From a bacterium (lineage in GTDB: Bacteria > Krumholzibacteriota > Krumholzibacteriia > G020349025), in NCBI GenBank assembly GCA_031362565.1, contig JANLSU010000069.1:32001-96000 (forward strand): DNA of 64,000 nucleotides, read 5' to 3'. Shown here piece after piece: positions 37,926 to 48,757 of the stretch; within the stretch, counting starts at the first letter, position 1, and each line of letters opens with the position of its first letter. The notes beneath the pieces were generated by a model. That model did not search any database and was not told the origin of the DNA. It saw only the letters and a list, made by a program, of their open reading frames with translations. The translations under genes and the position numbers were made by a program.

Positions 37926-40595
37926 TCACTGTTTGAGCGCTCTCGGCCAGTTCTGGATCAATCTTGCGCCGATCTTGCTTGGATCCGCGGCGGGAAGCTC
38001 GTTGGTCAGGATTCGCTTTCCATCGGCGCTGACCGAGTACTCGGCACTCACAACAGTGACACTGACACCGAAGAGGACGTTCGGTGCCCCAAAGGAGAAA
38101 CGCGCCTCCCCGGTCACGGGGACAGCGGCGATCGCACTCCCCCTTTCATAGAAGAGCTCACGACCGTCGGGGCGCCAGACTGGGTGTGACGCACGGCCGG
38201 GGACGGTATCGCTGGAGACGATCCAACGTCCTCCAGCGGTGGGGAACGACTGTACATAGATCTCCTCTTTCCCCGATTCGTACGACGTGAATGCGAGCCA
38301 TTTTCCGTCGGGCGACAGGCGGGCGTCCTCGAACCAGTTCCCCGAAAGCAGGGGCACAGCTTGGGCCTTCTGGACGTCGAGTGTCCAGATGTCAGAGCCC
38401 TTCGGATTCACCCGGTTGAAAAACATCAGACGCCCATCGTTCGACCAGTCGGTCAGCTCGATCTGCTCGCCCGCCGAGAACAGCAACCTGGGTTCGCCTT
38501 GCCCCGACGCCGGGCCCACGTAGATCTCGCCCTTGCCGCTTCGTGAGGACACAAACGCCACCTGGCTGTCGTCCGGCGACCACAGGGGCGTCCTGTCGTC
38601 GGCGGGATCGAAGGTGAAGCGGGTGCGCATGTCGCGCTTCAGATCGTAGATCCAGATGTCACCCGCATCCTGTCCGACCGAGACCGCCATGCGGGTCCCG
38701 TCGTGCGAAAGGCGCGGCTCAAAGTGGCCGGCTGGATCGCTGAGGATCTTCAGGACTTTCCCGTCGCGATCGCGCCATTGGAGCACGGTGCTCGCGGCTC
38801 CAGCACCTCGCAAGTGGGCCAGCACGCCGGACTCCGAAGTGCCGAACTCGGCGCCGCCCCAGGAAACCGCGCCACCAGGAACGTCGGCTGCCAATGGAAT
38901 CGGATCGCCCGTGAATTGCAGTTTGGACACGTCGAAAGGATGGGCCATGAGCGTTGATCCGGCGCGGTAGAGAAGATACCCGCGAGCGTAGATCGCCCGC
39001 GAATCGGTTTTCCGGAGGAACCGTACCTCCTTCGAGCCGAGAGAGCCGAGGTAGATGCCGCTGTATTCACTGCCAGGGTTCGTGGTGCTGACAACATAGA
39101 ATAGGAAGTGCTGCCCATCCGGCAGGAAGTGCGGCCACCGGTGCGCAACATCGAAACGATCCTTGTTCAAGGTCGTCAACGGTTCCGGAGTACCACCGCT
39201 GGCCGAGACCTTCATCAGTCCTTCGCTCCACGCCTTCTGGAAGAGGATGATGCCGTCGGCGTTCCATGTGCCACCCCGGCCATCGGTGGCATCACACAGT
39301 GGAATCACCGGTCCACCCTTGGCTTCGATCTTGTTGAGTCTACCGTTGGCGAAGAAGCCAAGCCAACGGCCGTCCGGGGACCAGAACGGGAACGCATCGC
39401 CGTCAGCGCCGGCGAGTCGACGCGGTTCCGGCAAGTCCAGGTCGCAAATCCAGATGCTGTTGGACCCGGCGGCAGTGGACTCATTGCCGGGTCGTGCGAT
39501 GGCCACGTAGGCGATCTGGCTTCCATCGGGACTCACGGCGAAAGGCGAAGCCGGTGCAAAATCCCACCCCGCAGGAGGCAGGAGAGTGGACTGGACCAGA
39601 GGCTGTATCGGCGCATCCGTGCGTAGGAAGGCCATCGCGGCGCCCAACGCCGCCAACACCACTACTGCAAGCATCCAAGCCAGCCGTTCGCGTCCCAAAC
39701 GGGAAGCGCGCTTGGTGGCGGGTTGCAAGACGGATTCGTCGCTGCGCCCGGCCTTCAGGTCCTCCAACGCAATGCGCGCTTCGGCGATCGCTTGGAGACG
39801 GCGCGACACGTCGCGCTCGAGGCAACGGGTGATGATTCGACGCAGGGCGGGGGGTGTGTTGTGCGGGAGTTGATCCCACGGCACATCGGCGCGCAGGACA
39901 CCGGCGAGAGTATCGGAAGCAGTCTCGCCGTCGAAAAGACGTTTGCCTGTGAGCATCTCGAAGAGCACGACGCCATAGGCCCAGATGTCAGCGCGGTAAT
40001 CGGCGCGCTTGCCGCGGGCCTGTTCGGGTGACATGTAGGCCGCCGTGCCGAGAATGACACCGGCCTGCGTCATCCCGGTGATGGTGGGGGAGTGTTGCAG
40101 ATCGGTTCCGGACCCATGCTCATCCATGTCAATTCGCGCCAAGCCGAAATCGAGGATCTTGAGTTTGCCTTCCGATGAGATCTTGATGTTGGCTGGCTTC
40201 AGGTCGCGATGGATGATGCCGACGGCATGCGCGGCAGCGAGGCCCTCTGCCAGTTGAACGCCCAAGTCGACGACTTCATCGACGGGAATGGAACCCGCCT
40301 GCAGGCGCTGGCTCAAATCTTCGCCATCGACCAGTTCCATGACGAGGAAGCGGACGTTGTCGGCGCTTTCAAAGCCGTAGATGCTGGCGATGTTGGGATG
40401 TTGCAATGTGGCGAGCGTCCGAGCTTCGCGCTCGAAGCGCGCCAATCGCTCGGGGTCTCTCGACATTTCAGTGGGCAGAACCTTGATGGCGACATCCCGG
40501 CCAAGCTTGGTGTCGCGCGCCCGGTAGACCTCGCCCATACCACCTTTGCCAATCGAGCCGGTGATCTCGTAGTGGGCGAGCCGTTTGCCAATCAA
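37926..40595 (-). CDS. Ser/Thr protein kinase with TM helix and TolB/PD40 beta-propeller
   Basis: intact kinase motifs, one TM helix, WSPDG repeats. Confidence 0.92.
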   Translation of the reverse strand: MIGKRLAHYEITGSIGKGGMGEVYRARDTKLGRDVAIKVLPTEMSRDPERLARFEREARTLATLQHPNIASIYGFESADNVRFLVMELVDGEDLSQRLQAGSIPVDEVVDLGVQLAEGLAAAHAVGIIHRDLKPANIKISSEGKLKILDFGLARIDMDEHGSGTDLQHSPTITGMTQAGVILGTAAYMSPEQARGKRADYRADIWAYGVVLFEMLTGKRLFDGETASDTLAGVLRADVPWDQLPHNTPPALRRIITRCLERDVSRRLQAIAEARIALEDLKAGRSDESVLQPATKRASRLGRERLAWMLAVVVLAALGAAMAFLRTDAPIQPLVQSTLLPPAGWDFAPASPFAVSPDGSQIAYVAIARPGNESTAAGSNSIWICDLDLPEPRRLAGADGDAFPFWSPDGRWLGFFANGRLNKIEAKGGPVIPLCDATDGRGGTWNADGIILFQKAWSEGLMKVSASGGTPEPLTTLNKDRFDVAHRWPHFLPDGQHFLFYVVSTTNPGSEYSGIYLGSLGSKEVRFLRKTDSRAIYARGYLLYRAGSTLMAHPFDVSKLQFTGDPIPLAADVPGGAVSWGGAEFGTSESGVLAHLRGAGAASTVLQWRDRDGKVLKILSDPAGHFEPRLSHDGTRMAVSVGQDAGDIWIYDLKRDMRTRFTFDPADDRTPLWSPDDSQVAFVSSRSGKGEIYVGPASGQGEPRLLFSAGEQIELTDWSNDGRLMFFNRVNPKGSDIWTLDVQKAQAVPLLSGNWFEDARLSPDGKWLAFTSYESGKEEIYVQSFPTAGGRWIVSSDTVPGRASHPVWRPDGRELFYERGSAIAAVPVTGEARFSFGAPNVLFGVSVTVVSAEYSVSADGKRILTNELPAADPSKIGARLIQNWPRALKQ

Positions 40596-43258
40596 GGAAG
40601 TCTCCGCTCGATCGCTGCGAGCCAGTTCAACTCGATGGTGATCGACAGTGCCTGCGGCTGCCCCGCGGGCACGGCGGCCAGGATGCGTTCGCCATCCGGG
40701 GAGAAATCGACACCCGCGACGTCCGAACGCAGCTTGAAGAGTTCACGCGGTGCACCGGCGCGAAACGCGGTGCCCGTCGTCACGTCAGCCGCCATCACGG
40801 TGAGTCCATCTCCGGCCAGGAACATCAACTCCTTGCCGCTGCGCGTCCAGCGCGTGGAGCGGATTTCGGTGCCGCCGCTCGATACCTGGTATTTGGCACC
40901 GGGCAAGGGGAAGGACTGCACGAAGAGCTCCGTGCGCCCGGATTCGTCACAGTGGTACGCCATCCACTTGCCGTCCGGTGAGACCATGCCGCGGCGTTCC
41001 TCGAAGCGGGTGTGTACGAAGGAAGTCGGTTCGTGTTTGCCATCCTGCGACACCAACAGAATGTCCCAGCCGCTGATCGGGTCCGGCCGAGAAAACACGA
41101 TTGCCGTGCCATCCGCCGACCACGAACTCGGCTCCTTGAACAAGGCACCACCGGTGAGCACCGGGATTTCTTCCGACGCGCCGCTCGTGTTTTTCACGAA
41201 GATGTCATCGGGACCGAAACGATCTGACGCGAACGCGATGCGGCTGCCGTCCGGCGACCATGCGATGGTGTAGTTGGACGACGGTCCGAAAGTGAAGCGC
41301 GAGGGTGCCGGTCGATCGACATCGATGAGCCAAATGTCACTCGCCGCAACCGCCGACCGCCGCACTGCAGCGACGCGCATGCCGTCCGGAGACAACCGAA
41401 CTTCTTCATGGCGGCCGGCAGGCACTGGAATCTCGCCGGCCGGTTTTCCCGTGCGGTCATACCACTGGAGAATCGTATTCGGGAGCCCCATGCCCCAGGA
41501 CGAGAGCACGCCGTTGTTCGACGCCGATACGACCGCGGCGCCGGTCCAAGCCGAAGGCGCGGGCGCCTCGCCCAAACTCACTGGTTCACCGCCCGTCGCC
41601 AGCCGACCCGTGTCGAAGCGTTGTGCGACCATCGTCTTGTCGCGCATGTAAATCAAATATCCCGGCTCCGCGTAGATGGGAGCGCTGTTCGCCGTGAGCA
41701 GGAGCTTGCGCTCCTTCGAGTTGATCGAGCCGACGAAGACCTCGAAGTTTCCCAGCGTCGCTGGTAACGCCACGAACAAAAAATGCTCGCCATCAGGAAG
41801 GAAAAAGGGCCAGCGGTGGCCGGTTTCCTTGCGAGCCTCGTCAAGAACAGTGACCGGCACGACTTCGCCACCACCTTCGCTCACGCGATAGAGCGGACCG
41901 GCGGACTCGGGAGCGAAGACGATGACGCCTTGGCTGCCCCAGCTTGCACCGCGACCAGAACCCACGGCGCAGAGAATCTCCGCCGGGCCACCTGCGATTG
42001 GGACCTTCCGGAGTTTGTTGTTGCCGAAGAACCCAAGGGAGCGACTGTCGGGGGACCAGAAAGGGAGGGATCCGTCTTCTGTTCCCGCCAACGGCTTCGC
42101 CCCGAGTGATTCCATCGGCCGGACCCAAAGCGAAGCTTCCCCCGTTGTCGTCGAGGCCAGCAACGCGAGCGTGCGTCCGTCGGGTGAGATCCTGGCCATC
42201 ACGCCATCGGGGAGGAGTGTCGCGTTCGGCAATGAGCCGATCGAAAAGCGGGTCGGTGTTCCTTGCGGCACGGTGGATCGCGTCCGCGTCGCGAGCAACG
42301 CCAGTGCCGCAACTGCCACTGTGGAGGTGACCGCGACGAGGACCCACGCCACGCGTTCGCGCCCGGAGCGCCGTGTCGCGATGATTGCCGGAGCAGCGGC
42401 AGCAGGGGCACTTCCGGGATCAGCAATCCAGCGCAGCTCACGCGCCAGGTCGCCGGCGCTTTGCCAGCGCTCGTCGGGATCCTTCGCGAGGCAACTCTTC
42501 ACGACGCGATCGAGCGCCGCCGGGGTCGTCGGAACGAACTGCGACACCGGCCGCGGATCTTCCTTCAGAATCGACGCGATGACACTCGCTTGACTCTGGC
42601 CTTCGAAGGCGCGCTTGCCGGTCAGCATTTCGTAGAGCAATGCCCCGAACGCGAAGAGATCGGCGCGATGATCCACCGCCTTGCCCTCGAGCTGTTCGGG
42701 AGCCATGTATTGCACCGTGCCGAGCATGGTGCCCTGCGAGGTCAAGGGTGTCGTCCGCGTTGCGGCATCGACGATCGCTTCGTCGCGCAACTTCGCGACA
42801 CCGAAATCGAGAACCTTGGCGCCGGTCTTCGTCACCACGACGTTGGCGGGCTTCAGATCGCGGTGCACGATCCCCTGCTTGTGCGCCGCGGCCAAGGCAT
42901 CGGCGATTTGGGCGGCGATCTTGAGCGCCTCGTCGACCCGCAACGGCCCGTGTTCGAGCCGCGCCGCCAGCGTCTCGCCGTCCAAGAGTTCCATCACGAG
43001 GTAGTCCGCATCGCCCTCGCGACCCACATCGTACAAGGTGCAAATATGCGGATGGTTGAGCGACGAGATCGCGCGCGCCTCGCGTTCGAAGCGCTCGCGC
43101 AGGTCGGCGCTGCTCGAAAGATGTGCCGGCAGGATTTTCACTGCGACGTCGCGTCCAAGACGCGTATCCTTCGCGCGGTACACTTCCCCCATGCCACCCG
43201 CGCCGAGCGGCCCGAGGATTTCGTAGGGACCCAGACGAGTACCAGGCGTGAGTGACAT
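40592..43258 (-). CDS. Ser/Thr protein kinase with TM helix and TolB/PD40 beta-propeller
   Basis: MSLTPGTRLGPYEI; intact kinase motifs; SPDG repeats; 4-nt overlap with the downstream paralog. Confidence 0.92.
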   Translation of the reverse strand: MSLTPGTRLGPYEILGPLGAGGMGEVYRAKDTRLGRDVAVKILPAHLSSSADLRERFEREARAISSLNHPHICTLYDVGREGDADYLVMELLDGETLAARLEHGPLRVDEALKIAAQIADALAAAHKQGIVHRDLKPANVVVTKTGAKVLDFGVAKLRDEAIVDAATRTTPLTSQGTMLGTVQYMAPEQLEGKAVDHRADLFAFGALLYEMLTGKRAFEGQSQASVIASILKEDPRPVSQFVPTTPAALDRVVKSCLAKDPDERWQSAGDLARELRWIADPGSAPAAAAPAIIATRRSGRERVAWVLVAVTSTVAVAALALLATRTRSTVPQGTPTRFSIGSLPNATLLPDGVMARISPDGRTLALLASTTTGEASLWVRPMESLGAKPLAGTEDGSLPFWSPDSRSLGFFGNNKLRKVPIAGGPAEILCAVGSGRGASWGSQGVIVFAPESAGPLYRVSEGGGEVVPVTVLDEARKETGHRWPFFLPDGEHFLFVALPATLGNFEVFVGSINSKERKLLLTANSAPIYAEPGYLIYMRDKTMVAQRFDTGRLATGGEPVSLGEAPAPSAWTGAAVVSASNNGVLSSWGMGLPNTILQWYDRTGKPAGEIPVPAGRHEEVRLSPDGMRVAAVRRSAVAASDIWLIDVDRPAPSRFTFGPSSNYTIAWSPDGSRIAFASDRFGPDDIFVKNTSGASEEIPVLTGGALFKEPSSWSADGTAIVFSRPDPISGWDILLVSQDGKHEPTSFVHTRFEERRGMVSPDGKWMAYHCDESGRTELFVQSFPLPGAKYQVSSGGTEIRSTRWTRSGKELMFLAGDGLTVMAADVTTGTAFRAGAPRELFKLRSDVAGVDFSPDGERILAAVPAGQPQALSITIELNWLAAIERRLP

Positions 43259-43599
43259 CCGTGCAGTATCACCGAAGCTCGAGGATGCCAACAAGCACAA
43301 TTCCGGGCGGCGCCGTCGTCGCCCCGCCGGAGAAGGCCACCTGGGGGGTCAGCGAAGGGCGTTGGCGGCTCGCCGCACTTCATCTTCAGTGAAATGGCCG
43401 CGTCGGCTTCGAAGCGAGCGAAGCGCGGCGAATGGCGCGCGTTCTTGGCGGTGTCCATGGCGAGTCCGATGCGGTTCGGTGCGCCGGATCCGCGGCGGAG
43501 CGCCGTCCAATCGCGCAAGTGCGGCGGCAGGGCAAAACACGTGTCGCCGCCGGCCGTCCACGTCCCTTTGTTCTCGTCGTAGACGGCGAGTTGGGTGCG

Positions 43600-44069
43600 C
43601 TTCGGCTGGAGTCATGCACTTCGAAGAAAATTGTCGCCGCCGTGATGCCGGCGGACGTCACCGCGTCGGTGACGCGGCCCGTCAACTCGGTGGCGGCCGT
43701 CGCCGGAGCGTTGACACTGATCACTGCCGAACCGTAGATACCCTCGCTCGTCGCCGTAATCGTGGCGACGCCGGGGGAGTTGGGCGTCACGTTGATCGGG
43801 TTCCCCTGACCGCCCACAGCCCCGGGAACCGACACCACCGCCGAGTTCGAGGACGACCAGGTGAAGGAGCGGTTGTCCACGATTCGGTTCGATGCATCGC
43901 GCGCCGTCGCCCGCAGCTGCGTCGTGCCGGCATCGAGCTGGAGCGTCGCGCCAGCGGGATCCGCAGTGACCGCGACGATGCGGGTCGGCGGAGGGGTAGT
44001 GGTGCCGTTGCAGTGCGCCACCAGCAGGGTCATCGAACCCAGGGCGAGAAACAGCCGGCTTCGACGCAT
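43600..44069 (-). pseudogene. Big_2 Ig-like lipoprotein, apparently truncated
   Basis: AAGGAAGG RBS, lipoprotein-like signal (VAHC), QLRATARD..TWSSSN..GVATITATSEG, start of a carboxypeptidase-regulatory-like domain (LTGRVTDA), then sequence degenerates. Confidence 0.55.
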
Positions 44070-44139
44070 GACGAGCCCTTCCTTCGGCCGCGATTGTGTA
44101 CCGGCGGCGCTTGCCGCGGTCATCGAGGCAATCCTACAG

Positions 44140-44864
44140 CTGGGCGCCGTCTGCTCTCGACTCCGCATGCCTGCACATGGACGAAGTACACACCAGCCGC
44201 GGCGCGCTGCCCGTTGGCGGTCAGCCGGTCCCATAGAAACGTGCGCCCGTTGCCGCCGAGCGTTCGCCGGTCGAGGCGGCGCACGAGACGTCCGCGCACA
44301 TCGTAGATGGAGGCGCGGATGCGCGAACCACACGAGCATGCGACTGCGCGTGCCCTGGACCGTGAACGGGTCGGATGCGATGTCCACCGTGTTGGTGGAA
44401 TCCGTGTGCAGAAGCCACTCGTAACTTCGCGACATCGTGTCCTTCTGAAAATCGTCGGCCAGGAAGAACCACGCAGGTGCCTGCGGCCCCTTGATCACCG
44501 CGACCGAGCGCTCGGCGCGGAGCAAGGAGGTGCCGCCCTCGTAGCCCCGGCTCCAGTCCGTCCCCGGAAACGGTTGGTCCGGGTTGTTGAATGGGCGGTG
44601 CGTCTTGTCGGCAGAATCGAGATCGGCGTGCACGTAGTCGCAGAAAGGGGAGAGCAGCGAGCCCGTGAAGCGGGCGTCGGTCCCGATGGACGCCCCGGCA
44701 TTGTGCTGTCCGGCATCGTCGATGAGAATCACATCCCCGGCGTCCGGATCTTGGGATTTGCGGCCATCGAGCCGCACCGCGGTCACCGCACCTTGACAAG
44801 CGACGGCATACGGGCCGCCCGCGTCGCAGATTGGGGGATGATTGGGGCCCGCCATGGCGCGCAC
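44140..44864 (-). pseudogene. mosaic of gene relics: PKD-like piece, heparinase II/III-like C-terminal piece, FlgD-Ig tail
   Basis: NHPPICDAGGPY..DPD; ILIDDAGQ..FFLADD..YEWLLH; IYDVRGRLVRRL / LWD..GVYFVH in shifted frames. Confidence 0.5.
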
Positions 44865-45010
44865 GCGTGCGGGTCACGTTGGCGGGACCGTACCACGTTG
44901 TCGCACCAATCGCTGCGGTGTTGTAGGATCTTGGCTAGTCGCGAAGAATCCGGCGGATGTCAGGTTCGGGCTGCAGTCCGAACCTGGTCTCGGCTTGGGG
45001 GGGGCAGACA

Positions 45011-47710
45011 ATGTCCGATGACGTGACTTCGGCCTCGAGCGGAACGCCCGACGGCGAGCCGACTCTCGCTGCCGATGCGAGCCTCTCTGCCGCCCCACGC
45101 CCTGGCCCCACCTCACCGTCCGGCGCTGCACTCTTGCAACTCGGCCGTTATCGGATCCTGCGCGTCATCGGCGAGGGCGGGATGGGCACGGTCTACGAGG
45201 CCGAGCAGGACAAGCCGCGCCGGACCGTCGCGCTGAAAGTGATCAAGCCCGGCTTCGCCACGGCGTCGCTGCTGCGGCGCTTCGAGCAGGAGTCGCAAGT
45301 GCTGGGACGTCTGCAGCATCCGGGCATCGCGCAGATCTACGACGCCGGCACCGCCGATGCGGGGCACGGCCTGCAGCCGTACTTCGCGATGGAACTCGTC
45401 CGGGGCCAGATGCTCGACGAGCACGCGGCCCGGCAAAAGCTCAACCTGCGCCAGCGCCTCGAACTCGTGGCGCGAATCTGCGACGCGGTCGAGCACGCGC
45501 ACCAAAAAGGCATCGTGCACCGCGACTTGAAGCCGGGGAACATCCTGATCGACGAGTCGGGTCAGCCGAAGATCCTCGACTTCGGCGTGGCACGCGCGAC
45601 GGACTCGGACGTTCAGGCGACGATGCAAACCGAGATCGGTGCGATCGTCGGCACGCTGCCGTACATGAGCCCGGAGCAGGTCGGAGCTGACCCGACGGAG
45701 TTGGACACGCGCAGCGACGTCTATGCCCTCGGAGTCATTCTGTACGAGCTGCTCGCCGGCCGCCTGCCGTACGACCTCAAGCAGAAGTCGTTGCCCGAGG
45801 TGGCGCGGATCATCCGGGAGCAGGATCCGAGCCGCCTCAGTTCGGTGAGCCGGACGCTGCGCGGCGATGTGGAGACCATCGCCGCCAAGGCGCTGTCCAA
45901 GGAGAGAGAACGCCGCTACCAGTCGGCCGCCGAACTGGCCGCGGACATCCGGCGCTACCTGAAGGACGAACCGATCGTGGCTCGTCCTGCGAGCACCGCG
46001 TATCAGCTGCGCAAATTCGCCCGAAGAAACAAGGCGCTCGTTGGAGGAATGGCCGCGGTGTTCGTGGTGCTGGCGATCGGCGTGGTTGTCAGCTTGTTCC
46101 AAGCGCTGCGCGCGACCCGCGCCGAGAAGTTGGCCACATCGAGCCTCGCCGACACACAGGCGGCGCAGACGCTGGCCGAGAGCCGGCAGCGAGAATCCGA
46201 GCAAGCGCGCCGCCTGGCGGAGGAGCGCCGAACGGAGGCCGAAGCACAGAAAGCCGCCGCGGAGCAGGCGCGGGAATCGGAGGCCGAGCAGCGCCGGGCG
46301 GCCGAGGCCAGCGCCGAGCGCGCCAAGCAGGAAACGGCGAAGGCCGAGGCGGTGAATAGGTTCTTGCAGGACATGTTGTCGTCGGCTGATCCAACGCAGA
46401 TGAAGGGGCGCGACGTGACCGTCCGGCAGGTGCTCGACGAGGCGGCGAAGAAGGTCGGTGCGGGATCGCTCGCGAGTCAACCGGAGGTCGACGCCGCAGT
46501 GCGTACCACGCTGGGCACGACATACGAGACCCTGGGGCTCTATCCCGAGGCCGAGCCGCATCTGCGAGCCGCACTCGAGATCCGGAAGCGGTCACCTGGC
46601 GCGGGTCAGGTGGACTTGGCTTCGAGCCTGAACGGCCTCGCGGTGGTGCTCGAAGACCGAGGCGACCTGGCCGGTGCCGAGCCGTTGCTCCGCGAGGCGC
46701 TGGCGATCCGGCGCAAGGCTCTCGGCGACGAGCACGAGAGCGTGGCCACAAGTCTGAACAACCTCGCGAACCTGCTCAAAGCCCGGCGCGACCTGGCCGG
46801 TGCCGAGCCGTTGTACCGCGAGTCGCTGGCGATCTATCGCAAGGTTCTGGGCGACGAGGACCCGAGCGTGGCGGCGAGCCTGAACAACCTCGCGGCGTTG
46901 CTCAAGAGCCGGCGCGACCTGGCGGGTGCCGAGCCGCTGTACCGCGAGTCGTTGGCGATCCGGCGCAAGGCTTTGGGCGACGAACACCCGAGCGTGGCCA
47001 CAAGCCTGAACAACCTCGCGATGTTGCTCAAGGCCCGGGGCGACCTGGCCGGTGCCGAGCCGTTGATCCGCGAATCTTTGGTGATCTTGCGCAAGGAGCT
47101 GGGCGACGAGCACCCGGACGTGGCCCGGAGCCTGGATAACCTTGCGGGTGTGCTCCGAGACCGGGGCGATTTGGCCGGTGCCGAGCCGCTGTACCGCGAG
47201 TCCCTGGCGATCCGACGCAAGGCTCTGGGCGATGAGCACCCAGACGTGGCCGATAGCCTGGACGACCTCGCGAGGTTGCTCAAGGCCCGCGGCGACCTGG
47301 CCGGTGCCGAGGCGCTGTCTCGCCAGGCGCTTGCGATCTGGAAGAAAGTACTTCCGGCGCGCGATCCCGAGATTGCTTCCGGCATGGCGAATCTCGGGGA
47401 CTGCCTCATTCGCCAAGGCCGCTACGCGGACGCCGAACCGTTGCTCACGGAAGCACTGTCCATTCGCGAGGAAAAGCTACCGGGCCACTGGAGGCGATTC
47501 GACACGCGGAGCATGTTGGGCGAAGCGTTGGCGGGGCAGAAGAAGTTCGTTGAAGCGGAACCACTACTCCTTCAGGGGTACGAGGGCATGAAAGACAGCG
47601 CGGCGGCCGAAGCGATTCTCAAGCGCGACGCCCTCGAGCGCATTGTGCATCTGTACGAGTCGTGGGGCAAACCGGACAAGGCCGCGGCCTGGCGCGTGGC
47701 GCTCGAGTAA
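45011..47710 (+). CDS. Ser/Thr protein kinase with TM helix and kinesin-light-chain-type TPR repeats
   Basis: GEGGMG, HRDLKPGN, DFG, SPE; TM helix; coiled coil; SLNNLA..AEPLYRESLAI repeats. Confidence 0.93.
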   Translation: MSDDVTSASSGTPDGEPTLAADASLSAAPRPGPTSPSGAALLQLGRYRILRVIGEGGMGTVYEAEQDKPRRTVALKVIKPGFATASLLRRFEQESQVLGRLQHPGIAQIYDAGTADAGHGLQPYFAMELVRGQMLDEHAARQKLNLRQRLELVARICDAVEHAHQKGIVHRDLKPGNILIDESGQPKILDFGVARATDSDVQATMQTEIGAIVGTLPYMSPEQVGADPTELDTRSDVYALGVILYELLAGRLPYDLKQKSLPEVARIIREQDPSRLSSVSRTLRGDVETIAAKALSKERERRYQSAAELAADIRRYLKDEPIVARPASTAYQLRKFARRNKALVGGMAAVFVVLAIGVVVSLFQALRATRAEKLATSSLADTQAAQTLAESRQRESEQARRLAEERRTEAEAQKAAAEQARESEAEQRRAAEASAERAKQETAKAEAVNRFLQDMLSSADPTQMKGRDVTVRQVLDEAAKKVGAGSLASQPEVDAAVRTTLGTTYETLGLYPEAEPHLRAALEIRKRSPGAGQVDLASSLNGLAVVLEDRGDLAGAEPLLREALAIRRKALGDEHESVATSLNNLANLLKARRDLAGAEPLYRESLAIYRKVLGDEDPSVAASLNNLAALLKSRRDLAGAEPLYRESLAIRRKALGDEHPSVATSLNNLAMLLKARGDLAGAEPLIRESLVILRKELGDEHPDVARSLDNLAGVLRDRGDLAGAEPLYRESLAIRRKALGDEHPDVADSLDDLARLLKARGDLAGAEALSRQALAIWKKVLPARDPEIASGMANLGDCLIRQGRYADAEPLLTEALSIREEKLPGHWRRFDTRSMLGEALAGQKKFVEAEPLLLQGYEGMKDSAAAEAILKRDALERIVHLYESWGKPDKAAAWRVALE
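46610..47345 (+). repeat. intragenic TPR repeat, about 6 x 126 bp
   Basis: DLAGAE-encoding GACCTGGCCGGTGCCGAG-like unit at 46664, 46790, 46916, 47042, 47168, 47294. Confidence 0.9.
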
Positions 47711-47772
47711 GACGGAACGGGGAACAAAACGGCGGCCACGCTCGCGCGCTCCAACCGATCGCTGCGCGCGGA

Positions 47773-48348
47773 TCAACCCACCGGCTCTGCGCCGGCGGGA
47801 ATGTGCTCTCGCGCCGCATGCCGAAACAACAACGCCGATCCGGTAAACAGCGCGATGAACATTCCATTCACGCCTAGGATCTGGGCGACGGACATGGAGT
47901 CCCGGCCCTCGCCTGCAATCAGCGCGATCAAGGCGACCAACGCTTGAGCGAGCGCCGTCGCAAACAACGCGCGTGCCATTCCATGTGGCTGGAAGCGCGC
48001 GATGAGGGCACCGATGCCGCCGACGGCGAGCACCCCGCCATACATCAAGTTGGCGGGGTTGTTCTCGGTCCCGATGATGCCAACGGCAAGGTTGATCCAA
48101 ACGAGGAGGAGTGCCGCCGCGATCCCGACACCAGCGGCAATGCGGTACGCCGTATTGCCGGCCTTCTTTGCAACGAACTCATACGCGAGAGCAGTGCCGA
48201 CCAGGAGGGCGCCCGCGACAGCGAAATCGAACGGGGACCAGACCACTTCCTCGGTAAACTGCATTGCCACCAAGGGCACCATCAATATGCACGCCGCTAC
48301 GATCACAATGCGGACGGTGGGTCGATGCGCGGTCTTTTCCGTCTTCAT
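47773..48348 (-). CDS. hypothetical multi-TM membrane protein
   Basis: PLVAMQFT.EV.W..DF, WINLAVGIIG.E.NPANLMY. Confidence 0.8.
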   Translation of the reverse strand: MKTEKTAHRPTVRIVIVAACILMVPLVAMQFTEEVVWSPFDFAVAGALLVGTALAYEFVAKKAGNTAYRIAAGVGIAAALLLVWINLAVGIIGTENNPANLMYGGVLAVGGIGALIARFQPHGMARALFATALAQALVALIALIAGEGRDSMSVAQILGVNGMFIALFTGSALLFRHAAREHIPAGAEPVG

Positions 48349-48757
48349 CGCTTTCTCTTTCGGTGGAGACATCGTTTTCCGCTCCACGGATGGAGCGGCC
48401 GGATGTGAAAAGAACTTTATCATGCAAAGAACAGGCCGCGCAAGCCGATTTCCATGGGCGCGTCACGGGTGGTTTCCGGAGGTCGAACCCCACGGTCCAG
48501 ACAGGCTGAGCCGACGGGCCGTGCAGGATGCCCAAGCCGCCATCGTCACAGGCCGCTTGTTTCAAGTCTGAGCAAAGCTGTATAACGAACTCAAGATTCT
48601 TGGGTTGGCGGCCTCGGTGCACGAAACCGCAAAGTCACTAAACTGACCTCGCTGGTGGTGAACTATTACCGGCACGACAGCATCCTGCCCCACGTGTTCC
48701 GCCAGATCCTCGCCGGACCGAGTTGCGCGTCGCGGCGTTGGCCGCGGTGCGTGGCGT

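Noticed and set aside
48415..48429. CTTT-N7-AAAG palindrome upstream of the membrane protein gene
   Set aside because: Too short to support alone, and no cognate regulator is adjacent.
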